Shown: in pieces, positions 29,358-37,618 of the stretch
Numbering within the stretch: position 1 is the stretch's first letter
Layout of the letters: each line of letters begins with the position of its first letter
IMG/VR virus record: IMGVR_UViG_3300037313_001869
Location: 371,219 to 435,218 of that record
Source: a virus
Lineage: Duplodnaviria > Caudoviricetes
Direction: 5' to 3' (one strand)
Length of the DNA: 64,000 bases
The notes under the pieces: generated by a model
Database searches by the model: none
Seen by the model: only the letters and a program-made list of their open reading frames with translations
Told to the model about the DNA's origin: nothing
Translations under genes and position numbers: made by a program

Positions 29358-29759
29358 ATGCTCATCGACCTGACCCGCACCCCGCCTCAGATCCAGGCCA
29401 ACGAGTTCCCGGAGGAGCTTGTGTTCGACCTGGACGGGGGCGATGGACAGTACGGCGTGATCCAGCGGCCTAATGGCGAGCGCTTGCCCGTCGAGTACCT
29501 TGGCGGTCCCGAGCGGGTGAGCCGCATTCCGCTTCTTCTCCCGGGCGTGGTCACCGGCCTTTACACGTTCTATTTCGGCGACAAGGCGTTCCGTAGCTTC
29601 ACCCTCTCGTGTCCTTGGGGCGAGCCGACTTTCCTGCTCTGGTCCCTTCGTATCGAGGGCTTCGTCAACCTGTCATTCGAGACCAAAAGGGTTCGGCCTG
29701 CCCCGCTCCCACCCCCTCCGGGGACGCCCCCACGCTTCGAGAGAAACGAGGTGCTCTGA
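29358..29759 (+). CDS. RFxR-tail family protein
   Basis: ends PRFERNEVL. Confidence 0.75.
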   Translation: MLIDLTRTPPQIQANEFPEELVFDLDGGDGQYGVIQRPNGERLPVEYLGGPERVSRIPLLLPGVVTGLYTFYFGDKAFRSFTLSCPWGEPTFLLWSLRIEGFVNLSFETKRVRPAPLPPPPGTPPRFERNEVL

Positions 29760-30175
29760 TGGTTGTCCTCGTTGACCTTGGGGTCGTTACGCTTGAGCCC
29801 GGACTCCAACCCCGGGAGCTAGTCCTCGCGTACTCTGACGTGTCCCGTGGCCGGATTGTGTCTGACCGCGGGCCCGCCTTCGACGAGAGCCACCCGGGGC
29901 ACATGCGCCATGCGGCCCATACGTGGTTCGCTATTCCCCTCGCGGAAGCGACCGTGCCTGGGGCGAGGTACGTGATCGAGGTGCAGGGCTTCTCGCAGGT
30001 GTCGGTATGGGTCACGTCGAGTGACCTCGGGCCTTCACGGTACGCCGTCGAGGTTCTCCGGGGCGGCTATCGCACCCGGTGCATCCTTCCGCCGCTCCCG
30101 GCTGCCGTACCAGGGGCGCAGCCGTTCACGCCCCCTGCCGTGCTGCCCCGGTTCGAGAGAGACGAGGTTCTCTGA
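29759..30175 (+). CDS. RFxR-tail family protein
   Basis: ends PRFERDEVL. Confidence 0.75.
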   Translation: MVVLVDLGVVTLEPGLQPRELVLAYSDVSRGRIVSDRGPAFDESHPGHMRHAAHTWFAIPLAEATVPGARYVIEVQGFSQVSVWVTSSDLGPSRYAVEVLRGGYRTRCILPPLPAAVPGAQPFTPPAVLPRFERDEVL

Positions 30176-30633
30176 TGATGATCATGGTCTACGTTGATGA
30201 CGTGCCGCATCTTCGGATGGACGACTATCCGGGCGAGCTTCGCATCTGGACGCAGGATGGGTGGTACGTCTACGACGAGCTTGACCGGGTTCTGCCCTTC
30301 GAGGAAGAAGAGGACGACGAAGACGAGGGCGTCGCCTACGGCTTCATCATTCGCCGGCAACGGGCCACCCCCAACGAGCACATGTTCCAGTTCTACGTAC
30401 GCGAGCAGTCGAGGGAGCGCACACCCCTTGCCCTGTCGAAGTACACGATCCAAGTCTCGCCCGATGACGAAGACGAGACCCTTGCCCACATCCGGGTTCT
30501 CGGGAGCGATGGAAACAGCGTCTTCGGTTTCTGGGTCACCGACTGGGTCGAGACCCCGAGGCTGGGGGTCTCTCAGCCCGAACCGAGCGAGCCCACGGGC
30601 CCGCCCCGCTTTGATCGCGAGGAGATCCTCTGA
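30175..30633 (+). CDS. RFxR-tail family protein
   Basis: ends PRFDREEIL; close paralog of next gene. Confidence 0.8.
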   Translation: MMIMVYVDDVPHLRMDDYPGELRIWTQDGWYVYDELDRVLPFEEEEDDEDEGVAYGFIIRRQRATPNEHMFQFYVREQSRERTPLALSKYTIQVSPDDEDETLAHIRVLGSDGNSVFGFWVTDWVETPRLGVSQPEPSEPTGPPRFDREEIL

Positions 30634-30636
30634 GCC

Positions 30637-31095
30637 ATGCTGGTATCCCTAGTGCCGCACCCGGCCCCCCACCTTCACCCGGACGAGTACCCGGGGGAGC
30701 TGCGTATCCTGGTCCCAGAGGGCTGGAACATCTACGACGAGTTCGATCGGGAGGTGGCCTCCGAGAGGAGCGCTTCCGCCCACACGTTCGTCATTCCCCG
30801 GGCGGAAAGCGTCCACGACGATCCATTCATCTACTACCTGCGCCAGAAACCCCGGTGGCAGATCCCTCTGGATGTATCGAGGCTGGCCTTCTACGTCACC
30901 CCCGACGACCATGACGCCATGCTCGCCTACGTGCGCGTCGTGAACAGCAAGTCCGAGGTTCTCTGTGGTTTCTGGGTCACCGACTGGGGTGCCCAAACGC
31001 ACCCGAGCGAGGTGCCCCCGGCCTTTCAGGGGCCCGAATCGAAGCTTGCCGAACCCACGGGGCTTTACCGCTTCGATCGTGGGGAGGTCCTCTGA
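30637..31095 (+). CDS. RFxR-tail family protein
   Basis: ends YRFDRGEVL; shares YPGELRI, YDE, GFWVTDW with previous gene. Confidence 0.8.
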   Translation: MLVSLVPHPAPHLHPDEYPGELRILVPEGWNIYDEFDREVASERSASAHTFVIPRAESVHDDPFIYYLRQKPRWQIPLDVSRLAFYVTPDDHDAMLAYVRVVNSKSEVLCGFWVTDWGAQTHPSEVPPAFQGPESKLAEPTGLYRFDRGEVL

Positions 31096-31096
31096 C

Positions 31097-31714
31097 ATGC
31101 TCGTCGACTTCGCCGCAGAACCCCTGCTCATCCCCGACCCCTACCCCCGGGTCGTGGCCTTGCGTCTCTACGGGAGCGATGCCACGGCCCGCATGTTCGA
31201 TGAGCGCGAACCGCTCGACGACATCACCATGGAGGGCGACGACAGCACCCTCTTTTTCATCGACGCCAGCGACCTCCGCGGGGGCGGCCCGTGGTTCTTC
31301 GAGGTCATGACCCAGCGGGCGAACCACCGCTACAGCCGCTTCGTCGTCGAGCTACACCTTCACAGCTACGATCGCGAGGGCATCGAGCCCGACATACATC
31401 GGCTCGTGATCCGCCAGGGCAAGGCGAGTTTCTCGACCCTCCTCTACGACTTCGGAGCCGAGGGCGACGAGGTACCGGTGGCGGCTGACGTGGGGGATAG
31501 CCAAGGAGAAGACGAGGCCATGGCGGTGCTGTTCCCCCCGGAGCCGCCTCCCGAGCCGTTGCAGGCGACCATCCAACGGTCTCTCCCGGCCCGTTTCTAT
31601 CCGCGCACAGTCCTGAGCGAAGTCCCCGACGACGCCGAGGTTATCGAGGAATGGGAGCCCGGGTTCGCCCCGAAGCGTAAGCGGACACGATTCGACCGCG
31701 AAGGGCCGCTCTTA
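31097..31714 (+). CDS. RFxR-tail family protein (proposed end at in-frame TTA)
   Basis: TRFDREGPL immediately followed by TTA (31712-31714); the standard code would extend it about 1.25 kb antisense to the next gene. Confidence 0.75.
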
Positions 31715-32836
31715 CTCGTCCCAGGTCATGAGAACCGGGTCGCCCTCTTTCGGCAGGGGGCGCTTCTTCCACTTCGCGATCATGCCTTTGGCTCGGGTGA
31801 TGTCGTGCTCGATATCCTTGATGTTCGAGCGCAGATCCTCGATCACCCGGTCCCGGATGCGGTCCCACGACGGGTGGGTGTTCTCGATGATCTTGTCCTT
31901 CAGGTACAAGCTCGTTTGCGCGCCGGAGGCGAGGTTGTTCGCCTGGTCGTCGAGCTGCTTGATCCGGGGTTCGAGGTGCTCTTCGATGAGGGCCTTCGTG
32001 CCCTCCGGCGACAGCTCGAAGGGCTCGTGCCCCACGCCGAAGCAGCGGCCTTGGACCGGGCCGCTCCAGCGCTTCCGGGTGAAGCCGTGCAGGACCATGC
32101 TGTAGCTGTCCTCGTCACCCTTCAGCTTGATGTTCCTGAAACAGGCCGGGCAGGTCCCGGTGTTGTCTCGGGTCCGAGGTCCGGCCTGAACGGGGGCTTC
32201 GGTTCCGAGCGCCTTGTTCACCTGCGCCACGAAGCTCGTGTCCTTCTTCAGCCACGCCGCCGCGTAGAGGATCGGAAGCTTCGCAAGGGGCTCCAGCTCG
32301 CCGTAGCCTCCATCGACCTTGCTCTGCCCCCGGCCGTCGGGGAGCACCTCGAAGGTCTTGCCCTCGGGGGAGGTGATGCGCCAACCCTCGGCGCCGATCT
32401 GCGAGTAGTAGCGGAAGAGGTAGACCTTCTTGCCGCCTCGGTCGAGGATATCGATGTCGGTGAGGCCCGTGACGTACCTCTCGCCCAGCTTCGGGTGCAT
32501 GGGCAGAGACGAGACCTCGTCCCGGGTCTGGATTTCGTGCCTTTGCTGGACGAACCTCAGGTTGTCGTCGGCCACGATGGCCTCGTTCCCTTCGTAGAAG
32601 AGAGGCACGAGGCCGACGAACTTTTCGAGCCGGAAGCCCCCACCGATGCGCTCGAAGACCTGCGGAAGGTTTCCCCAGGTGAGCCCGCCCATCGAGCCCT
32701 TGCGGAGCTTTGCGAGCAGGTCGTTCATCTTCTCGGGCGTGAGCGCCTTGGCCGCCGCAGCGAGACGGAGGGCCATGGCCTCGTCTTGGTGACGGACAAG
32801 GGCGAGGTGGGCTACGCGGCGAGCAAGATCGTCCAT
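31712..32836 (-). CDS. hypothetical protein with MDDLARRVA leader and C-terminal CxxC..H..C motif
   Basis: 374 aa; GTCPAC..LHG..RCFG. Confidence 0.8.
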   Translation of the reverse strand: MDDLARRVAHLALVRHQDEAMALRLAAAAKALTPEKMNDLLAKLRKGSMGGLTWGNLPQVFERIGGGFRLEKFVGLVPLFYEGNEAIVADDNLRFVQQRHEIQTRDEVSSLPMHPKLGERYVTGLTDIDILDRGGKKVYLFRYYSQIGAEGWRITSPEGKTFEVLPDGRGQSKVDGGYGELEPLAKLPILYAAAWLKKDTSFVAQVNKALGTEAPVQAGPRTRDNTGTCPACFRNIKLKGDEDSYSMVLHGFTRKRWSGPVQGRCFGVGHEPFELSPEGTKALIEEHLEPRIKQLDDQANNLASGAQTSLYLKDKIIENTHPSWDRIRDRVIEDLRSNIKDIEHDITRAKGMIAKWKKRPLPKEGDPVLMTWDE

Positions 32837-32970
32837 GGGCTACCCCGAGAACGATCAACAGAGGATTTTCGATCGGACAAAAGAGGAAAGCCCCCGCCCG
32901 GCTCATCGGCCGATCCGGAGGCTTTCCCGAAACTACACCCCCGAGACGGGTCCCGGGCGTGACGGGCATT

Positions 32971-33159
32971 CTAGCCCGGCGGGTAGCAGATGCCCATGAT
33001 CTTGTCGCGTAGGGCCTTGATCTGCTTGCGGGTCTTCTCGCGCGTCTCTTCGGGCGAGGTGACCACCGTGTGCGTGAGCGGCACCCCGCGCAGGATGTCG
33101 TCGTATTCGGCGAGCAGGGTGTCGATCTCGCTCAGCTCGTCCCTTGTGAACTCGGGCAT
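32971..33159 (-). CDS. hypothetical protein
   Basis: TGATG coupling. Confidence 0.6.
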   Translation of the reverse strand: MPEFTRDELSEIDTLLAEYDDILRGVPLTHTVVTSPEETREKTRKQIKALRDKIMGICYPPG

Positions 33160-33386
33160 CAGGTCCCCCGTGGCGGGTAGGTCCAGACCTCGCGCACCGT
33201 GAAGGCCACGTCGCCCATCACGTCGAGCCGCTTCTCGTCGAGGTATCGCTCGGCCTCCTCGCGCGTGTCCTTGGTGTCGATGACGCGCTCGGGCGTGTTC
33301 CTTCCCGCCAGGCTGACGATCTGGTAGCGCCTGACGAGCGAGCCCTTCTTGGGCTCTGGTTTGGTTGCTGCTGCGGTCTTGGCCAT
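33159..33386 (-). CDS. hypothetical protein
   Basis: 75 aa ORF. Confidence 0.6.
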   Translation of the reverse strand: MAKTAAATKPEPKKGSLVRRYQIVSLAGRNTPERVIDTKDTREEAERYLDEKRLDVMGDVAFTVREVWTYPPRGT

Positions 33387-33391
33387 GGGGG

Positions 33392-33643
33392 CTAGCCCTC
33401 CTTCTTCATGAGGTCGGCCAGGTTCTTGCGGCTGCCGTAGAGGTAGCCGAAGAGCCCCTGCTTCGCCTGGCTCCGGTGGAGGCCCGAGACCTCCTCGTAA
33501 GGGACCTCGGTGACGCGGGCTGCGATGGCCCGGTAGATGTCGCCCTTGCCGTTCTTCGCAGCCTCGGCGATCGTCTCTTGGATCACGGCGTCGGGCAGGC
33601 TCATCACCAGACCGGTGATATCGGGCGGGAGTCCTTCTTTCAT
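33392..33643 (-). CDS. mini-protein resembling family-A DNA polymerase fingers (motif B)
   Basis: DIYRAIAA..VPYEEVS..RSQAKQGLFGYLYG matches the R...K...FG..YG O-helix motif. Confidence 0.7.
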   Translation of the reverse strand: MKEGLPPDITGLVMSLPDAVIQETIAEAAKNGKGDIYRAIAARVTEVPYEEVSGLHRSQAKQGLFGYLYGSRKNLADLMKKEG

Positions 33644-33963
33644 GGGGCCTCTGCTTTCTTGATCGCCTCTTCGACGAGGCGCTTGTAGGTGCCGGAGGTG
33701 AGCAGCTCGTGAGGTGCCGACCCTTCCCCGCCGAAGTCGTCGCGGGCGTAGGGCATGGCAGCGGTCTCCAGGGCCTCGGGGCGGACCTGAACGACGAGCA
33801 CGACGTAGCCCTCGCCGTCGCCCGTCATGGCCGAGTCGGACGCTTCTCCGTCCGAGATCGCCCGGTCGATGGCGCCCCGCAGGGAGAGGAGGGCCTCTTT
33901 CGAGCCCACGATGAACACGTCGTCGTGGGGGTGTTCTTGCCCGTAAACGTGAAGGTTGCTCAT
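33640..33963 (-). CDS. hypothetical protein
   Basis: ATGA overlaps on both sides. Confidence 0.65.
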   Translation of the reverse strand: MSNLHVYGQEHPHDDVFIVGSKEALLSLRGAIDRAISDGEASDSAMTGDGEGYVVLVVQVRPEALETAAMPYARDDFGGEGSAPHELLTSGTYKRLVEEAIKKAEAP

Positions 33964-34277
33964 GGGGCCTCTGGGGGTGCGGGGCGCACGAGAATGTAGG
34001 CGTGCCCCGTGGTCTCGTAGACGATGTTCTGGACAGGTAGGAGCCGGGTCGCGAGGGCCCGTTCGGTGGCGAAGTGCAGGTCTTCGAGCGTCGCCGGCCC
34101 CATGCCGAACCGGTGGAAGTACACGTTCAGGCGCCACGGCTTGGGGTCGTAGTAGGCGAATGGTACGAAGATCGTCGCCTGCCCGCCGTCCCGGAAGAGG
34201 ACGTAGTCGGTGCCCCCGATGACCTTCCGGGGCTCGATCTTCAGGCCGTGGGTGTAGACCGTGGGGACGAGGAGCAT
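33960..34277 (-). CDS. hypothetical protein
   Basis: 105 aa, TGATG start. Confidence 0.6.
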   Translation of the reverse strand: MLLVPTVYTHGLKIEPRKVIGGTDYVLFRDGGQATIFVPFAYYDPKPWRLNVYFHRFGMGPATLEDLHFATERALATRLLPVQNIVYETTGHAYILVRPAPPEAP

Positions 34278-34495
34278 CAGATAGATACCTGTCTCTCGGG
34301 CTCAACCGCCACGACGCCTGCGATGGCCCGGAGCGTGTCGAGCTTGTCCTCGTCGAACTCGCCGGTAACCATCTCGATGTCGGCGAGGTCTTTCGGGTTC
34401 CCGAGACCCGCGGCGCAGAGTGCCTCGTAGGCCGCTTTGCGCTCCTCGAAGGACAGGTCGTCTGAAAGGCTGATGATCACTCCGACTTGGGCCAT
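34277..34495 (-). CDS. small ferredoxin-like/inhibitor-I9-like protein
   Basis: MAQVGVIISL..VTGEF..LRAIAGVVAVEPE. Confidence 0.6.
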   Translation of the reverse strand: MAQVGVIISLSDDLSFEERKAAYEALCAAGLGNPKDLADIEMVTGEFDEDKLDTLRAIAGVVAVEPERQVSI

Positions 34496-34497
34496 GG

Positions 34498-35076
34498 TCA
34501 GTTCCAGAAGGGCTTGTTGTGGGCGGGCTTCTCCTCGGGGGTGACCCCGTGCCCGTCCTGGTTGATGACGATCGCGAGGCGTGTGGTCGTGTTCACCGTC
34601 ACCCAGCGCGGGTTCTTCTCGCCCGTCGGGTCGGCCCCCACGTAGGCGAGAATCTTCTCGGGCTCGTTCAACCACCAGTCGGTTGGCTTGTCGCCCACGC
34701 TCGCCTCCGACTCGGCCGCCCGGCGCTGCATCGCCTCGATGATCTTCTCGGGATGCGCGGTGGGCTCGCCCATCCCGGTCTCGGGCTGGTTGTAGAGCGA
34801 CTGGAAGACCGGTAGGGCGTTCGCTGGGAAGACGAAGCCCACGTCCTTCTTCTCGCACGACGCGCTCACGAAGAAGTGCCCGTCGGCTGTCTTGATGACG
34901 TGGGGCCGGGTCCAGAGCACCAGCCGGCCGTGCTTGTCGTGGGTCGCCGCACGCATCAGGGCGATCACCGTTTCGAGCGGCACCCCGAAGGGTAGAGGGC
35001 CCTCGGCGCGGTAGAGGGTGCAGAGCAGGAGCTTGTGAGGCGGGCGGAACAGGCTTGGGGTCGGCATGGTCTCCAT
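34498..35076 (-). CDS. hypothetical protein
   Basis: 192 aa; GGTGTA upstream. Confidence 0.65.
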   Translation of the reverse strand: METMPTPSLFRPPHKLLLCTLYRAEGPLPFGVPLETVIALMRAATHDKHGRLVLWTRPHVIKTADGHFFVSASCEKKDVGFVFPANALPVFQSLYNQPETGMGEPTAHPEKIIEAMQRRAAESEASVGDKPTDWWLNEPEKILAYVGADPTGEKNPRWVTVNTTTRLAIVINQDGHGVTPEEKPAHNKPFWN

Positions 35077-35123
35077 CTACACCCGCAGCTCTGTGCCGCC
35101 CAGGAAAAATGCTGGGTATCCGG

Positions 35124-35372
35124 TAAGCCCGTCTCCGGCGTTGAGAGGAGGAAGGCATGGCCGAGGCACTGCGGCTGGTGCTTGGGGCTCCACCAGGTGG
35201 GCTGCTCTGAGAACGACTCGCCCGTGTGGCCATTATCGTAGGTGAGGCGGAAGGCGTAGCCCTTCTCGATCGTCACATTGGTTGTGGTCCGGCCCGAATA
35301 GGGCAGCGTGACGAACACGGGGGTTTCGGGGTCGAGCTTCTGAAGCTCGGCGATCAGCTCGCGGACATTCAC
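35124..35372 (-). CDS. hypothetical phage protein (proposed end at in-frame TTA)
   Basis: MNVRELIAELQKLDPETPV start; TTA at 35124-35126 lies before the next gene's promoter. Confidence 0.65.
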
Positions 35373-35929
35373 GGGGTACCTTCCTTGCCGAGGCGCGCGA
35401 CGTAGGCTGCGATGTCCTGGTCTTCGGAGAACACGATCTTGCCCTGCCGGACCTTCCCCATGTCCGCGACGAGCGCGGCGGTGACCTCGGGGGTCATGGT
35501 CCCGGCGTGCTCGGCCAGGTACCGCCTCGCGTTACGGACGAAGGCCAGGCTCTCGGGCGTCGGGTTCACCTCCCAGGTCGACCCAGGAGGGGGCGGGGGC
35601 TTCGGCTCTTCTTCCTTGGGCTCGCCGTAGGTCACGTACATGACGCCGTGGCCGTTGCCCCCAGAGAAGAACGCCTTCGCGACCTTCTGGCCCGTGATAC
35701 GTTCGATGACGCGGGCCATCTGCTCGTCGGGCTTGGGCTTGTCGTAGTAGTGCCAGATAAAGGCCGCGAAGCACTCGGGGGCCGGGTCGCCTTTCACGCA
35801 GCCCAGGACCACGCTGATCCCGTTCGGGACCTCGATGTTGAACTCCAACTGCTCGGGCTTGTCCTTGGGCGTCCAGGCGTGGACCTTGATCTCGGTCCCG
35901 TCCTCGTAGCGGGTCGTTTCGGTGAGCAT
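35369..35929 (-). CDS. hypothetical protein
   Basis: 186 aa ORF. Confidence 0.7.
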   Translation of the reverse strand: MLTETTRYEDGTEIKVHAWTPKDKPEQLEFNIEVPNGISVVLGCVKGDPAPECFAAFIWHYYDKPKPDEQMARVIERITGQKVAKAFFSGGNGHGVMYVTYGEPKEEEPKPPPPPGSTWEVNPTPESLAFVRNARRYLAEHAGTMTPEVTAALVADMGKVRQGKIVFSEDQDIAAYVARLGKEGTP

Positions 35930-35932
35930 GGT

Positions 35933-36205
35933 TCAGAGCCCCAGCTCGGTCCGTCGGGCCTCGTAGCCCTGGCGGATCTGGTTCATCAGGAGGTTCAGGC
36001 GCGGGCCGATCTGGCTCCGCGACGCGGCCGACTCTCCCCTCATGCGCCGGGTCGCCTTGTCGAGGACCCCGTCCTTGCCCAAGAGCGAGGCTCGGGCCGT
36101 GTTCAGCTCTGCTTCGGTCTGAGCTGCCCCGAAGGTCGGGCCGATCAGGGCCTCGATGCGGTCGATCTCTTCGCTCAGCGTATTCGATTCGGTGGGCATC
36201 TTCAT
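35933..36205 (-). CDS. stand-alone PheRS alpha N-terminal coiled-coil-like protein
   Basis: ELNTARASLLGKDGVL..MRGESAASRSQIGPRLN resembles the Phe_tRNA-synt_N LGKKG..R...G..LN pattern. Confidence 0.65.
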   Translation of the reverse strand: MKMPTESNTLSEEIDRIEALIGPTFGAAQTEAELNTARASLLGKDGVLDKATRRMRGESAASRSQIGPRLNLLMNQIRQGYEARRTELGL

Positions 36206-36393
36206 TCCTCTTCTTTCTCGACGATGATGATCACGCGGAAGCGCCCCCCGCCACCCATCCCGGGCTTGCAGGGGACTTGCAGCTTGACGTACGCCTCGCC
36301 CACGGTCCCTTGGCCCTCGTAGACCGGGTCGTCGTAGTAGTAGCCGTCGTCCCGGAAGGACAGATCGAGCTTGCCGGTGAACGTGTGGCCCAT
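36202..36393 (-). CDS. hypothetical protein
   Basis: 63 aa, coupled on both sides. Confidence 0.55.
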   Translation of the reverse strand: MGHTFTGKLDLSFRDDGYYYDDPVYEGQGTVGEAYVKLQVPCKPGMGGGGRFRVIIIVEKEEE

Positions 36394-36977
36394 CAGAGCT
36401 TCCCTCGGTAGCGCACGATCGTGCGGTAGTCGGCTGCGTCGAAGAACTCCAAGCGGGCGCCGATGGGGCCAACGAAGGCCAGATCGTCCCAGTCCACGCC
36501 CACCTCGTCGGGGCGGAAGGTGGGGGCGGCGATCGTGACGTTGACCCGCTTGACGAGGTCGCCTGCGTAGATCGAAAAGCCCTCGGCCATGGCCTGCTTT
36601 TCGGAAAACCAGCCGAAGAGGGGCGCGTCGTCGGGGTTCGCCGCGAAGCGGGCCACGGTGGCGTTGACGAAGCGCCCGATCGTCTCGTTGTAGCCCTCGG
36701 CGAACCGGGTCTCTATGGTCCCCACCCGATGCGCCACGATCTCGCTCTTGCGGTCCATCGAAATGGCGTGACGCGAGCGCTTGACGACCCGGAAGTTGCC
36801 GTTGACGACGTAGTCTCCTGTGACGAGCAGGTAGCCCCCGCGGCCGTCAAGCGAAGCGTAGACCTCGCAGACCTCCGGTTGGCCCGAGATGGCCAGCACC
36901 GAGGTCTCGGGTTCTTCCCCGCCCTCCATGCGCGAGACCAGCTCGGCCCACGCTCCCGTTTTCTTCGGCTCACTCAC
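36393..36977 (-). CDS. hypothetical protein
   Basis: 194 aa ORF. Confidence 0.65.
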   Translation of the reverse strand: MSEPKKTGAWAELVSRMEGGEEPETSVLAISGQPEVCEVYASLDGRGGYLLVTGDYVVNGNFRVVKRSRHAISMDRKSEIVAHRVGTIETRFAEGYNETIGRFVNATVARFAANPDDAPLFGWFSEKQAMAEGFSIYAGDLVKRVNVTIAAPTFRPDEVGVDWDDLAFVGPIGARLEFFDAADYRTIVRYRGKL

Positions 36978-37001
36978 GGCTTCTTCTCGCTTCCTGGTCG
37001 T

Positions 37002-37262
37002 TCACGGGAGCAGATGCCGATGGCGCTCGGCAGGGGTTTCGCTGGGCAAGGCCGGTTTGGGGTCGTGCGAGCACAGGAGGAACACAATCACCCCAAACCA
37101 GAGCCCGAGCAGAGCGAGGCAAACGCGGACGGCGTACCGATCCGACTCTGCTTGCTTAGCCCGGATCTTGGCTTGTCTCTCAGGCGAAAGGGACCGAAAC
37201 CAGGCCCGGTACTTCCGGTCTTCTTCGTCGCTCTCGCGACTCCGCCTCGACCACCCGACCAT
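37002..37262 (-). CDS. small membrane protein
   Basis: single hydrophobic helix. Confidence 0.5.
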   Translation of the reverse strand: MVGWSRRSRESDEEDRKYRAWFRSLSPERQAKIRAKQAESDRYAVRVCLALLGLWFGVIVFLLCSHDPKPALPSETPAERHRHLLP

Positions 37263-37600
37263 CAGAACCTCGCCTTCTCGACAAGCTGCCGGCCCAGCTC
37301 CTCGCGAGCGGCCCGGACGTAGCCATCGATCATGAGCGACAGCATGTAGTCCGAGAAGGGGACGTGGCTACGCTCCCAGCAGAGGTGCTGGACCATGGAA
37401 GCCGGTCCGAGCGTGGTACGCAGCGTCACCTGAGGTTGGCCCCAGAACGAAGACGGCCCAGGGTCGCCCCGCCGGACGAGCTGGCACTCGAAGACCTCGA
37501 CCCGGATAGACGGGTTGAGCCTTCGAGGCAGCTCGACCTTCAGGGCCTCGATGAAAGCGGGGATAGTGACGGCGCGGGCGAAGCTTTCGAGGGGGCTCAT
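37262..37600 (-). CDS. hypothetical protein
   Basis: CGGTGTC variant upstream. Confidence 0.6.
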   Translation of the reverse strand: MSPLESFARAVTIPAFIEALKVELPRRLNPSIRVEVFECQLVRRGDPGPSSFWGQPQVTLRTTLGPASMVQHLCWERSHVPFSDYMLSLMIDGYVRAAREELGRQLVEKARF

Positions 37601-37618
37601 ACCCCTTGAGACACCGGC

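Noticed and set aside
14445-31714. Integron-like cassette array with attC sites
   Set aside because: Genes overlap or abut with no room for attC hairpins, no integrase is in the window, and the repeat varies synonymously.
30965-32962. 665-aa ORF
   Set aside because: Sequence after RFDREGPL is the antisense shadow of 31712..32836.
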